Source of the DNA: an uncultured bacterium
GTDB taxonomy: Bacteria > Gemmatimonadota > Gemmatimonadetes > Gemmatimonadales > GWC2-71-9
Length of the DNA stretch: 64,000 bases
Assembly: GCA_965651205.1 (NCBI GenBank)
Contig: CBFGRM010000002.1
Coordinates: forward strand, 15,321 to 79,320
Direction: 5' to 3'
Under the pieces are notes generated by a model, which had not been told where the DNA came from, searched no databases, and saw only the letters and a program-made list of their open reading frames with translations. This document shows positions 51,264 to 61,203 of this stretch, in pieces. The position numbers were made by a program, and so were the translations under genes. How positions within the stretch are numbered: position 1 is the first letter of the stretch; every line of letters begins with the position of its first letter.

Positions 51264-51787
51264 TCCCGCCCAAGCTTCTTCTTGAGCATTTCGAGTTGAG
51301 CGTCGACCACTGCCTCACGGGCCTGGCGGTCGCGCAGCGGATCATCCAGTGGGGATGCGGGTTGGTCATCGGGGTCGCCCGAGGTGGGCGGATCGAGCGG
51401 CAGGCCGTGGCTGGCCCGCTGGAAACGTTCGCGGGTGACTTCGTATTCGCGCTCGGCGATGTGCACTTCGTCACGTTGCACCAGCACCTTGCGCTCGAGC
51501 AGGTCCACTCGCTGGCGCGCCCGCTCCACATACTCGGCGGCCACCCGTGCCGTCTCGGCGTCGTCGATTTCTGCGGCGAGTCGGCCGCGGCGCTCGTAGT
51601 CGACCAGATTGCGGCGTGCCTGATCAAGTTCCTGCTCGGTGACCACCAGCGACTTGCGCAACTCGTCGAGCGCGACCTTGAACTCCACCAGCGCCTCGCG
51701 AAGCCCAGCCGCCTGCTGGCGGGACGAACCCGCCGGTCGGTAGGCAAAGAGTCGGTCGAGATGTGCCTTGATGTCGTCGAAGCTCAC
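51260..51787 (-). CDS. coiled-coil protein, hypothetical (PspA/IM30-like in composition only)
   Basis: GTG 51787 gives VSFDDIKAHLDRLF... with heptad-rich charged helices. Its end overlaps the POT gene start by 4 nt. Confidence 0.45.
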
Positions 51788-51897
51788 ACGACTCCCATCA
51801 GGTGAAACGGTGGTGCCGGTGGAGTGGGGATACCGGAATGGTAGGCCGCGCCAGCGGCAACCGTCAAGCAAGGTCGGGCAAGTAGATTCCCTGCGCT

Positions 51898-52995
51898 ATG
51901 AGTTACGGTGAATCTTCGGGCAACGCCCCGCTCCGGATCCTGCACGTCGCCAGCGGCCGCGAATGGCGCGGCGGCCAGCGTCAGGTATTCCTGCTGGCAC
52001 GCGGCCTCGGTGCAATTCCGGGGGTGTACACCAAGGTGGTGACCGGCAGCGGCTCACAGCTCGCCGAGCGGCTCCAGCAGGCCGGTGTCGCGGTTCACGC
52101 CGCACCGTGGTCGATGGGACTGGACCCTCGCGTTGTGGCCTCGATGCTCGGCGAGGTGACCACCGGCACCATCGTGCACGCCCACGACAGTCACGCCCAC
52201 ACACTGGCGGATGCAGCGGCGAGAATCCGGGGTGGCCGGATCGTGGTCACCAGGCGAGTCGATTTTCCGATCCGGCAGGCCTCGCGCTGGCAGCGAGTCG
52301 AGCGCGCGATCGCATTGTCGACTCCGGTCCGCGATCGACTGCTGGCCGCCGGCGTGCTACCGGAACGGATCTCGGTCATCCCGCCTGCGGTGGATCTCGA
52401 TGCGGTCGACGACGACGCGGTGGCTGTCGACGTGCGCCGCCACCCGGAGCGCCGGATGATCGTGTGCGTGGCCGCGCTCACCGCCGAGAAGGGGATCGAC
52501 GTGCTGCTGGAGGCCGCGGCTCGGGTGCGGGCGACGCATCCCGACCTGGAGTGGCTGGTGCTGGGAGAGGGTTCGCAGCGGAAGCAGCTCGAATCCCGCT
52601 GCCAGGCGCTCGCACTCACCGACTCGGTGACGTTCGCAGGACACGTCGACGCCCCCGAGGCGCTGATCGGCAAGGCAGCGCTGATGGTGCAGCCGTCGCT
52701 GAGCGAGGGATTCGGTTCGTCGGTGCTCGACGCACTGGCGCGCGGCATTCCGGTGGTGGCGAGCAGCACCGGCGGATTGCCGGAATCGCTGGCCGGGGGC
52801 GGTGGGATGCTGGTGCCACCGGCAGACCCCGCTGCGCTGGCCCGCGCCGTGACCTCGATCCTCGAAGATCCATCGCTGCACGAACGGCTCTCTGGTGACG
52901 GCAGGGCCGCGGTGGAAAGTTTCGATGTGCCGACGATGGTGAGCCGCACGCTCGAAGTGTATCGTTCCCTCGCCCAGACTACGGAAGCCAAGTGA
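51898..52995 (+). CDS. glycosyltransferase family 1 (GT4-type)
   Basis: ILHVASGREWRGGQRQV, with C-terminal PSLSEGFGSSVLDALARGIPVVAS (EX7E region). Confidence 0.85.
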   Translation: MSYGESSGNAPLRILHVASGREWRGGQRQVFLLARGLGAIPGVYTKVVTGSGSQLAERLQQAGVAVHAAPWSMGLDPRVVASMLGEVTTGTIVHAHDSHAHTLADAAARIRGGRIVVTRRVDFPIRQASRWQRVERAIALSTPVRDRLLAAGVLPERISVIPPAVDLDAVDDDAVAVDVRRHPERRMIVCVAALTAEKGIDVLLEAAARVRATHPDLEWLVLGEGSQRKQLESRCQALALTDSVTFAGHVDAPEALIGKAALMVQPSLSEGFGSSVLDALARGIPVVASSTGGLPESLAGGGGMLVPPADPAALARAVTSILEDPSLHERLSGDGRAAVESFDVPTMVSRTLEVYRSLAQTTEAK

Positions 52996-53783
52996 TCTAT
53001 TTCTGCATCCCGACCCGTGACGAGGCGCCCACAGTGGGGCTGGTGCTGTGGAAGCTCCGCGAGGAGCTCGCCGCCTCGGCGCGCGAGTATCAGATGCTGG
53101 TCGGCGACGACGGCTCGACCGATGCCACCAGCGAGGTGCTGGAGCCGTACACCCGCGCGCTGCCGCTCACCGTGTTCAGGAGCGGAGAACCGATCGGCTA
53201 CGCAGCCACAATCGAGCGGTTGCTGCGCGAGGCGCTGGACCGATCCGACCGGCACAAGCGCGATGTCGCGGTGCTCTGGCCGGCCGACTACACTGTTGCA
53301 CCGTCCGACCTGGCCGAGATGCTCCGCAAGCTCGACTCGGGGGCGGACCTGGTGATCGGCGAGGCAACGGTGACCGGCGAACAAGATCGTGGCCGCCGCA
53401 TCGTGCGCCGCTGGGCATCCCGGCTGCTCGGCTCCAAGGTTCGTGTGCCGGGCGTGCGGGATGTCGTCTCCGGTGTGGTGGCCATCCGGCTGGTGGCCCT
53501 GCGACAGGCTTTTCGCGACCGTCCGGACCGCTGGCTCATCACCGAGGGATGGGCGGCCAACGCCGAACTGGTCTCGTGGGTCGCCGGCGCGGCACGCCAG
53601 GTCGAGCGGGTTCCGGTTGCGGTTCACGCCGATCGACGGCAGCGCCCCAGCAGGGTCGAGCCCTGGCCACTGGCAAGATCGCTGTGGCGGGCTCGCCGCC
53701 AACTCGTTGCACCACCCAGGAGCGCGTCGCCGGTGCGGGATCGACCACCCCGGCAGGGATCGCGCAGCAAGGATGTAACCTGA
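52992..53783 (+). CDS. glycosyltransferase family 2
   Basis: FCIPTRDEAPTVGLVL...LVGDDGSTDAT (DxD-type GT-A N-terminus). It overlaps the GT1 stop by 4 nt. Confidence 0.8.
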   Translation: MIYFCIPTRDEAPTVGLVLWKLREELAASAREYQMLVGDDGSTDATSEVLEPYTRALPLTVFRSGEPIGYAATIERLLREALDRSDRHKRDVAVLWPADYTVAPSDLAEMLRKLDSGADLVIGEATVTGEQDRGRRIVRRWASRLLGSKVRVPGVRDVVSGVVAIRLVALRQAFRDRPDRWLITEGWAANAELVSWVAGAARQVERVPVAVHADRRQRPSRVEPWPLARSLWRARRQLVAPPRSASPVRDRPPRQGSRSKDVT

Positions 53784-54511
53784 TGTTGCTTACCGCCGTA
53801 CTGCTGGCCGCGCAGGCCGCCCCCAGCCCGACTCCGCCGGTGCCGTTCGGCGTGGGTGAACGGCTCGAATACAGCGGCAAGATGGGATTCTTCCGCGCCG
53901 GCTCAGCGGTGCTGAGCGTCGATGGAATCGAGCCGATGCGCGGCCACCAGAGCTGGGTGTTCTCGTTCGTCACCGAGGTGAACCTGGCGGTGTACCGCAA
54001 TCGCTCCGAGTTCACGTCGTGGACCGGTGTCGACGATTTCATCTCGCGGCAGTTCGTCAAGAACGTCACCGAGAACTCGCGCGAACGGATCGAGACCTTC
54101 CGGATCTATCCCGACTCCGGCTTCTACCGCCGCAACAAGAACACCGAAACCAAGGCCACGCCCGACCTGCCGCTCGACGACGTGGCATTCTTCTACTGGA
54201 TTCGCACCCTGCCGCTGGAGATCGGGCACTCATACCGCTTCGATCGCTACTTCCGGCACGAACACAATCCGGTGATCGTCAGGGTGGAAAAGCGCGAGAC
54301 CAAGGAAATGCCCGACGGCACCAAGGTGCCGGTGCTGTTGCTGCGCCCGATCGTCAACGAGGATGGCGGAATGTTCCACGAGAAGTCGAAGGCCAAACTG
54401 TGGATCACCGACGACGCCCGCCGCATTCCGGTCGAAATCGAGACCGACATCAAGCTGGCGGGTCGGCTCACACTGACACTGCGATCCTACACACCCGCAC
54501 CCGGAAACTGA
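53783..54511 (+). CDS. DUF3108-like secreted protein
   Basis: ATG overlaps the GT2 stop (TGATG). Has a signal peptide, and FGVGERLEYSGKMGFFRAGSAVL is typical of DUF3108. Confidence 0.6.
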   Translation: MLLTAVLLAAQAAPSPTPPVPFGVGERLEYSGKMGFFRAGSAVLSVDGIEPMRGHQSWVFSFVTEVNLAVYRNRSEFTSWTGVDDFISRQFVKNVTENSRERIETFRIYPDSGFYRRNKNTETKATPDLPLDDVAFFYWIRTLPLEIGHSYRFDRYFRHEHNPVIVRVEKRETKEMPDGTKVPVLLLRPIVNEDGGMFHEKSKAKLWITDDARRIPVEIETDIKLAGRLTLTLRSYTPAPGN

Positions 54512-54583
54512 GATAGCCTGCCACGCAAACGGTGCCGTCCCGGAATCGGGGTGGCACCGTCGGCGGGGAACAACGAGTGGGTG

Positions 54584-54799
54584 CTACTGGCCCTGGTCGC
54601 CGCGAATCGTCTCGCGGATCTTCTGTGCCGTGTCGGGAGAGAACATCCGGATGATGGCGTAGATCACGTAGCCAACGAACGCCCACCAGAGAACGGCAAG
54701 GATCAGCCCGATCAACCCGCCGAAGATCGCCCCCAGCAGCTTGAACCCGACCACCGCCAGGAAGGCAAACACCGCGAAACCCGTGATATTGCGAATCAT
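54584..54799 (-). CDS. small two-TM membrane protein, hypothetical
   Basis: 71 aa with two Gly/Ile-rich hydrophobic helices and a basic tail. Confidence 0.45.
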   Translation of the reverse strand: MIRNITGFAVFAFLAVVGFKLLGAIFGGLIGLILAVLWWAFVGYVIYAIIRMFSPDTAQKIRETIRGDQGQ

Positions 54800-54891
54800 C
54801 GTAGTCGACTCCAGTGTGCCGGCAGACGCACCGCGCGCCCCGGTACATTCGAGTACGCTGGCAACCCTCGAAAGGTTTCAATCCGAACCGT

Positions 54892-55998
54892 ATGCCTGTC
54901 GGAGCTGATGTTCTGGTGATCGGTGGTGGCGCCGCCGGCGCTGCCGTGGCCCGGGCGCTGACCCTCAACGGGGCCCGGGTCAGCGTGGTCCGGCCCGATG
55001 CGCTGCCGGGTGAGGCCTGGCGGGCCGCGGCCGGGATGCTGGCAGCCCAGATCGAGGCCACCGCCGACGATCCACTTTTCGCCCTGGGAGTGGCCGGCCG
55101 GGCGTTCTATCGCCGCGAGGCCGAGGCACTGAAGGCGGGAAGCGGAATCGACATCGGGCTGGTTCAGGGCGGCATTCTCCAGATCGCCGCCACCGAGGCC
55201 CAGCTCGACCAGTTCAAGGCCAAGGTGGCCTGGCAGCGGCAGCAGGCGGAGTCGGCCGACCTGCTCCAGCCCGAGGACGTGGTCGAGAGCTGGCCCTGGC
55301 TGCAGCCCGGCCTGGGGGCTTTCTGGTCGCCCGAAGACGGCACCGTCCGGCCAGACCACCTTGTCGCCGCGTTGCTTGGGGATGCCGGGCGACTGGGCGC
55401 AACCGTGGTGACCGACACCATCATCGAGTTGCTGGTCGAGGACGGCAGGCTCAAGGGGGCCCGCGGTCGCGCCGCCAGCTACTACGCCGATCAGGTGGTG
55501 CTGGCTGCGGGGGCCTGGGCTGGCAGGATTGCCAATCTGCCACGGCCGCTGTCGGTCGAGCCGGTGCGGGGCCAGCTCCTCGCGTGGCCCTGGCCCGAGG
55601 ATCGTTCCCCCTCGACAATTTACGGCGACCACTGCTACCTGCTCCATCGCGGCAATGAGATGATCGGCGGGTCGACGATGGAACACGCCGGCTTCAACGC
55701 CGATGTGACCGACCAGGCAACTGAGGCCATCGTCCGGCGACTCGCCGCGCTCGATCCGACGCGTGCGTTCGCAGCACCGAGTCGCCGCTGGACCGGACTC
55801 CGGCCCGGTACTCCGGACGGCATTCCGGTAGTGGGCCGCGAGCCGCGGCTGCCCGGATTGTGGTATGCCGCGGGCTACGGCCGAAACGGCATTCTGCTGG
55901 CCGGTATCACCGGCGAGTTGCTCGCAGACGCGATCGCCGGCGAGGACGAACCCGACGTGCTGCGACTGATGCGCCCGGAACGATTCTGGAACTGGTAG
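54892..55998 (+). CDS. FAD-dependent oxidoreductase (glycine oxidase ThiO-like, DAO family)
   Basis: Has the DVLVIGGGAAGAAVARAL dinucleotide fold and the C-terminal GYGRNGILLA motif. Confidence 0.7.
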   Translation: MPVGADVLVIGGGAAGAAVARALTLNGARVSVVRPDALPGEAWRAAAGMLAAQIEATADDPLFALGVAGRAFYRREAEALKAGSGIDIGLVQGGILQIAATEAQLDQFKAKVAWQRQQAESADLLQPEDVVESWPWLQPGLGAFWSPEDGTVRPDHLVAALLGDAGRLGATVVTDTIIELLVEDGRLKGARGRAASYYADQVVLAAGAWAGRIANLPRPLSVEPVRGQLLAWPWPEDRSPSTIYGDHCYLLHRGNEMIGGSTMEHAGFNADVTDQATEAIVRRLAALDPTRAFAAPSRRWTGLRPGTPDGIPVVGREPRLPGLWYAAGYGRNGILLAGITGELLADAIAGEDEPDVLRLMRPERFWNW

Positions 55999-56016
55999 CG
56001 CGACACGGCGACGGCG

Positions 56017-57417
56017 CTACCTGCGCACCAGTTCGTAGCGCTCCAGTCCCCGGCCGTACAATGCGCCGCCCAGCGGAGCGACCAACAGCAGTCCGAACAG
56101 GCCGGCGGCAATCGGTGGCCAGCTCGGCATCGACATCAACGCCTGGCCACCCACCATCAACTGCACCATCACGGCGACTGTCATCCCACCCACCGCCAGA
56201 AGTCCCAGGAACATCGCCAACACGAAATGCCTTGGCTTGAACCAGGCCGCCATCCCGTTGGACATCGACGTTGCTGCGGTGATGGCACCCCACAACCCGA
56301 GTGCGACCGGCACGGTCATCTCGCCGTCCGCAGCAATCCTGACCAGGGAGATCAACAGCGTCGCGAGCAGGCCGAGGATCGCTGCAGCGATCACGGCACC
56401 GATGGCCACCAGTTCGCGACGCACTGGCAGCGTGGCCCAACCCTCCAGGCTGCCACTGCCACGCGCCTCGACCGTGCGGAACACCAACTGGCCCGGGATC
56501 GAGATCGCAATGATCGGCAGGTACGTGGCCCCGAAATACTGCAGCGACTCCGGCAGGTACGGCAGCGCGATGGCCCCGACGACCAGAAACAGGACTTGCT
56601 GCGGCATCCGCTCGGCGGCGATGCGCAGGTGCATCATCGTGATCGCCAGCAACACCTGGCGCTGCATTGCAGGGTAGCGCAGCCCGCGCCAGGTGAGGTG
56701 CGGCGTGTCGACCGGCATTCCTGGTGCGGTGCGTTCCTCCGCCACAGCCACCGCTCGGACCGCGATCCACAACGAGACCAGCAGTGACGCCAGCAGCAAC
56801 GACGCGCCCGGCAACATCACCAGCCAGGCATTGCCCGAACCGAGCAGTTCGAGCAGGTGTTGAAGCAGCGGGCCGGCGTTTGCCTCGAGCCACGCCTCCG
56901 TCGCATTGTTGCTGATCAGGTCCGCGAATAGCACGACCAGGAACAACGCCACCAGGACGCGTTCGACCCGCCAACGGAGTCCGACCGCGGCCACCAGCAT
57001 CATCGTGCTTGCCAGCAAGCAGGTCAGCAACATCCAACCGACCAGGATGGTGCTCGGGGCCGGCAGCAGGATTTCGGTGCGGGCAAGCAACGGCCACGCC
57101 GCGAACAGCCCGAGCGCCGCCAGCACAGCGCGAGACGCCACCGCGAGCAGCCGTCCCAGCATCAAGTCGGTTGCACTGGCGGGCAGGGTTCGCCACCACG
57201 CCACCCTGCCCTGCAATCGCTCCATCATTCCGGTCATCGACGTGCCTGCCACTGCAGCGGAGCCGGTGGCCACTATCAGCAGGCCAAGCACCGCGCCGAC
57301 ACCGGGCAGGGCAGCGATGGCCGCCCCGAGCAGCATCAGCAGCACCGCCCACATCACCGGTTTGCGGGTACGCTGCCAATCGAGCCTGAAACTGGCAGCC
57401 ACCACTTCTGCGTTCAT
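56017..57417 (-). CDS. multi-TM permease partner of the ABC ATPase (ABC-2-like), hypothetical
   Basis: 466 aa and very hydrophobic. Its start overlaps the ATPase stop by 4 nt. Confidence 0.55.
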   Translation of the reverse strand: MNAEVVAASFRLDWQRTRKPVMWAVLLMLLGAAIAALPGVGAVLGLLIVATGSAAVAGTSMTGMMERLQGRVAWWRTLPASATDLMLGRLLAVASRAVLAALGLFAAWPLLARTEILLPAPSTILVGWMLLTCLLASTMMLVAAVGLRWRVERVLVALFLVVLFADLISNNATEAWLEANAGPLLQHLLELLGSGNAWLVMLPGASLLLASLLVSLWIAVRAVAVAEERTAPGMPVDTPHLTWRGLRYPAMQRQVLLAITMMHLRIAAERMPQQVLFLVVGAIALPYLPESLQYFGATYLPIIAISIPGQLVFRTVEARGSGSLEGWATLPVRRELVAIGAVIAAAILGLLATLLISLVRIAADGEMTVPVALGLWGAITAATSMSNGMAAWFKPRHFVLAMFLGLLAVGGMTVAVMVQLMVGGQALMSMPSWPPIAAGLFGLLLVAPLGGALYGRGLERYELVRR

Positions 57418-58142
57418 TCTGGCGTCGCCCCGGCCAGCACATCGGCGATCAGTGTCGTGAGGCGCCCATCCCGCCGGGCGCTCCGCAGTTGGTGCGCACC
57501 GACCTCGCTCACCAGTTCGCCATCCTTGATCAGCAGGGCGCGATCACACAGCGCCTCGACATCCTCGAGCAGGTGCGACGAGAACAGCAGGGCACCCTCC
57601 GACTCGGGGGTGACTCGTTCGAGCAGCAACCGCAGCAGTTCCTGGCGCACCACCGGATCAAGTCCGTTGGTGGGTTCGTCGAGCACCAGCAACGGTGGCC
57701 GGGTGGCGAGCGCGGCAATGATCGCCACCTTGACCAGCGACCCGCGCGACAACTCCCCGATGCGACGAGCCGGATCGACTTCGAGCCGGTTGACCAGCTC
57801 GATTTCGTCGTCCATCGACCAGCGCGGATGCACGTCGGCCAGAAAGTCGAACCATTCACGCACCCGGAGCACCGGGTCGGCGGCAGGCGACTCACCGGCG
57901 TAGCCGACGTTGGCGTACCAGGCCGGCGGCGCGTCGTGCAGGTCGCGTCCCAGAATCAGGGCCTGGCCGGTTCGGCGCGGCAGCCGGCCGGTTATGGCAC
58001 GCAGTAGGGTCGTCTTGCCGGCACCGTTGGCGCCGAGCAGGGCGACCCGTTCGCCGGGAGCCACCGCCAGCGATAACGGCCCCAGCTTGAAGCCATCGTA
58101 GCGGACGGCGAGTTCGCGGACCTCGAGAATGGGTGCTGTCAG
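57414..58142 (-). CDS. ABC transporter ATP-binding protein; proposed CTG start
   Basis: Has GANGAGKTTLL, SRGSLVKV and LLVLDEPTNGLD. The conserved N-terminal strand ILEVRELAVRYDGFKLGPLSLAV lies upstream of the first GTG. CTG 58142 has GGAG 5 nt upstream. Confidence 0.8.
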   Translation of the reverse strand: MTAPILEVRELAVRYDGFKLGPLSLAVAPGERVALLGANGAGKTTLLRAITGRLPRRTGQALILGRDLHDAPPAWYANVGYAGESPAADPVLRVREWFDFLADVHPRWSMDDEIELVNRLEVDPARRIGELSRGSLVKVAIIAALATRPPLLVLDEPTNGLDPVVRQELLRLLLERVTPESEGALLFSSHLLEDVEALCDRALLIKDGELVSEVGAHQLRSARRDGRLTTLIADVLAGATPE

Positions 58143-58250
58143 GAAGTCTCCGGTTCGTGTCGGGTGTCGGAAAAGCTACAGCCGATAGACCCTCACCCGG
58201 TCCGGGGCTATCTTTGCGGGTTCATTCAGCCCCGTTCAGGAGGAACACCG

Positions 58251-59204
58251 GTGGCCGTACCGCTTGTCCAGGTGACCCGCACTCCGCCCACGGCCGAGGG
58301 ATCGGCCGGAACTCCTGCGGTGCTGCCCCTGGCGCCGGCACGGAAGCCGTCCTGGCTCAAGGTCAAGGCGCCCGGTGGGACCGAGTATCTGCGGATCAAG
58401 AAGCTGATGCGCGAGCTCGACTTGCACACGGTGTGCGAGGAGGCCCGCTGCCCCAATATCGGCGAGTGCTGGGACCATCGCGCCGCGACCTTTATGATCC
58501 TGGGCGACGTCTGCACCCGCAACTGTGCCTACTGCGCGGTGTCACACGGGACACCCAAGGCCTTCGACCCGGCGGAACCGGTCCGCCTGGCGGAAGCAGT
58601 CGCCGCGATGGGACTCCGGCACGTGGTGATCACCTCGGTCGATCGCGACGACCTCCCCAACGGTGGAGCCGAGGCGTTCGCCGGCTGCATCACGGAGATC
58701 AAGGCTCGACTGCCCGAGACCTCGGTCGAGGTGCTGATCCCCGACTTCAAGGGGTCGGAGCGGGCGCTCAGGATCGTGATGGATGCCAGGCCCGACATCC
58801 TCAACCACAATCTCGAGACGGCGGAGCGACTTTATCGACTGGCGCGCCCGGGCGGCCGCTACGACCGGGCCCTCCGGGTGCTCGCCAACGCCCGTGCTAT
58901 GGACGCCGACGCGCTCACCAAGTCGGGGATCATCCTCGGAATGGGCGAGGAGTGGGACGAGATCGTCACCGCGATGCGCGACCTGCGTCGCAGCGACGTG
59001 AACATCCTCACGCTGGGCCAGTACCTCCGTCCCTCGGATGGTCACCTCCCGGTGGTGCGTTACTACACTCCTGCGGAATTCGATGAGCTTCGCGATATCG
59101 GCCTGCAGATGGGCTTTGCACACGTGCAGGCATCACCACTCACACGTTCGTCGTACCACGCCTGGGAGCAGAGCGACCAGGCCAAGGCTGCAAGGAACTC
59201 CTGA
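58251..59204 (+). CDS. lipA: lipoyl synthase
   Basis: CEEARCPNIGECW and the radical-SAM CTRNCAYC motif. Start is set at GTG 58251, 8 nt after AGGAGG. Confidence 0.9.
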   Translation: MAVPLVQVTRTPPTAEGSAGTPAVLPLAPARKPSWLKVKAPGGTEYLRIKKLMRELDLHTVCEEARCPNIGECWDHRAATFMILGDVCTRNCAYCAVSHGTPKAFDPAEPVRLAEAVAAMGLRHVVITSVDRDDLPNGGAEAFAGCITEIKARLPETSVEVLIPDFKGSERALRIVMDARPDILNHNLETAERLYRLARPGGRYDRALRVLANARAMDADALTKSGIILGMGEEWDEIVTAMRDLRRSDVNILTLGQYLRPSDGHLPVVRYYTPAEFDELRDIGLQMGFAHVQASPLTRSSYHAWEQSDQAKAARNS

Positions 59205-60220
59205 TGGCAACCTCTACCGCCCGCGCACCAGGGACCGACTCCCAGGCTCGTTACAGCGACGAGTACAACGACTGGCTCCGGATGATGCTGTTGATCCGCC
59301 GATTCGAGGAGCGCGCCGGCGAGGCATACGCGGTGGGCCAGATCGGTGGCTTCTGCCATCTCTACATCGGACAGGAAGCGGTCGCAGTCGGTGGCATCTC
59401 CGCGCTGCGCCCGGATGACTACGTGATCAGTGCCTACCGCGAGCACGGCCAGGCGCTGGCGCGCGGAATGTCGTCGCGCAGCGTGATGGCCGAGTTGTTC
59501 GGCAAGGCCACCGGCTGCTCGGGCGGCAAGGGTGGCTCGATGCACCTGTTCGACGCCAGCAGGAACTTTATGGGCGGTCACGGCATCGTCGGCGGCCAGA
59601 TCCCGCTCGGCGCCGGCTTCGCGTTCGCCATCAAGTATCGCGGTGGCGACCAGGTCTCGCTCACCTACTTCGGCGAGGCCGCAGCCAACATCGGCGCGTT
59701 CCACGAGACGCTCAACATCGCCGCACTGTGGAAGCTGCCGGTGATCTTCGTGATCGAGAACAACGGCTACGGTATGGGAACCGCAGTGAGTCGCTCCGCG
59801 TCGATTCCGGACCTCGCCGACCGCGCCGCTTCGTACGGAATGCCGGGCGTCAAGGTGGACGGCCAGGACGTGGTCGCGGTGCGCGCGGCAACCGACGAGG
59901 CGGTGGCGCGAGCCCGTGCCGGCGAGGGGCCGACGCTGATGGACATCATCACCTATCGCTACGTCGGCCATTCGATGTCCGACGCGCCCCACGGCACCTA
60001 CCGCAGCAAGGACGAGGTCGAGGAGTTCCGCGCCCGCGACCCGATCACGGTGCTGTCCGACCGGATGCGCGAACTGGGAATGCTGGATGACGACCGCCTG
60101 GCCGAACTCGAGGCCGATGTCGCCGCCGAAGTGGCCGACGCGGTCACCTTCTCCGAGGAATCACCCGAACCCGATCCCTCGGAGCTGTACACCGACGTTT
60201 ACGCACCGGAGAACGATTGA
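59204..60220 (+). CDS. pdhA: pyruvate dehydrogenase E1 component, alpha subunit
   Basis: GFCHLYIGQEA, the ThDP motif GEAAANIGAFHETLNIAALWKLPVIFVIENN, and YRYVGHSMSD. Confidence 0.9.
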   Translation: MATSTARAPGTDSQARYSDEYNDWLRMMLLIRRFEERAGEAYAVGQIGGFCHLYIGQEAVAVGGISALRPDDYVISAYREHGQALARGMSSRSVMAELFGKATGCSGGKGGSMHLFDASRNFMGGHGIVGGQIPLGAGFAFAIKYRGGDQVSLTYFGEAAANIGAFHETLNIAALWKLPVIFVIENNGYGMGTAVSRSASIPDLADRAASYGMPGVKVDGQDVVAVRAATDEAVARARAGEGPTLMDIITYRYVGHSMSDAPHGTYRSKDEVEEFRARDPITVLSDRMRELGMLDDDRLAELEADVAAEVADAVTFSEESPEPDPSELYTDVYAPEND

Positions 60221-61200
60221 TGGCGACGCTCACGTACCGTGATGCCCTCAACGCAGCGCTGCGCGAGGAGATGGCGCGCGACGAGGATGTCTTCCTGATG
60301 GGCGAGGAAGTCGCCGAATACGACGGCGCATACAAGGTGTCGCGCGGCTTGCTGGCCGAGTTCGGTCCGCGCCGCGTGGTCGACACTCCGATCGCGGAGC
60401 TGGGCTTCGCCGGCATCGGCGTCGGCGCATCGATGGTCGGACTCAAGCCGATCGTCGAGATGATGACCTGGAACTTCGCGCTGCTCGCCATCGACCAGAT
60501 CGTCAACTCCGCCGCCAAGATGCGCTATATGAGCGGCGGCCAGTTCAGTTGCCCGATCGTATTCCGCGGCCCCGGTGGCGCCGCCCTGCAGCTCGCCGCG
60601 CAGCATTCGCAGGCGTTCGAGAGCTGGTATGCACACATCCCCGGCCTCAAGGTGGTCACGCCGGCAACCCCGGCCGACGCCAAGGGGCTGCTCAAGAGCG
60701 CCATCCGCGATCCCGATCCGGTGGTTTTCATCGAGGGCGAGATGCTCTATAACGCCAAGGGCGAGGTGCCGGACGAGGAATACCTCATCCCGATCGGTGC
60801 CGCCGACATCAAGCGCGCCGGCAAGGATGCCACCATCGTCTGCCACTCCAAGACCGTGGCACCCGCACTCAAGGCCGCCAAGACGCTCGAGGACGAGGGC
60901 ATCGACTGCGAAGTGATCGACCTTCGCAGCATCCGGCCGCTGGACGAGCGGGCGATCCTCGATTCGGTCGCCAAGACCAACCGGATCGTGGTGGCAGAAG
61001 AAGGCTGGGGATTTGCCAGCGTCGGCGCGCAGGTGGCGTCGGTGGTGCAACAGCACGCCTTCGACGACCTCGACCATCCCGTGCTGCGCTTGCATCAGGC
61101 CGACGTCCCGATGCCGTACAACAAGCACCTGGAGCGAGCGGCCAAGGTCGACGCCCCCAGTATCGCCGCCGCCGTCCGCACCGTCTGCTACCGGGACTGA
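60217..61200 (+). CDS. pdhB: pyruvate dehydrogenase E1 component, beta subunit
   Basis: LTYRDALNAALREEM...VVDTPIAELGFAGIGVGA. 327 aa, with a 4-nt overlap with pdhA. Confidence 0.9.
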   Translation: MMATLTYRDALNAALREEMARDEDVFLMGEEVAEYDGAYKVSRGLLAEFGPRRVVDTPIAELGFAGIGVGASMVGLKPIVEMMTWNFALLAIDQIVNSAAKMRYMSGGQFSCPIVFRGPGGAALQLAAQHSQAFESWYAHIPGLKVVTPATPADAKGLLKSAIRDPDPVVFIEGEMLYNAKGEVPDEEYLIPIGAADIKRAGKDATIVCHSKTVAPALKAAKTLEDEGIDCEVIDLRSIRPLDERAILDSVAKTNRIVVAEEGWGFASVGAQVASVVQQHAFDDLDHPVLRLHQADVPMPYNKHLERAAKVDAPSIAAAVRTVCYRD

Positions 61201-61203
61201 TCA

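Noticed and set aside
53048-54511. A 487-aa ORF overlapping the GT2 gene.
   Set aside because: Only the last 243 codons (from ATG 53783, which overlaps the GT2 stop) encode a signal peptide plus a DUF3108-like domain. The upstream part is an alternative frame of the GT2 gene.
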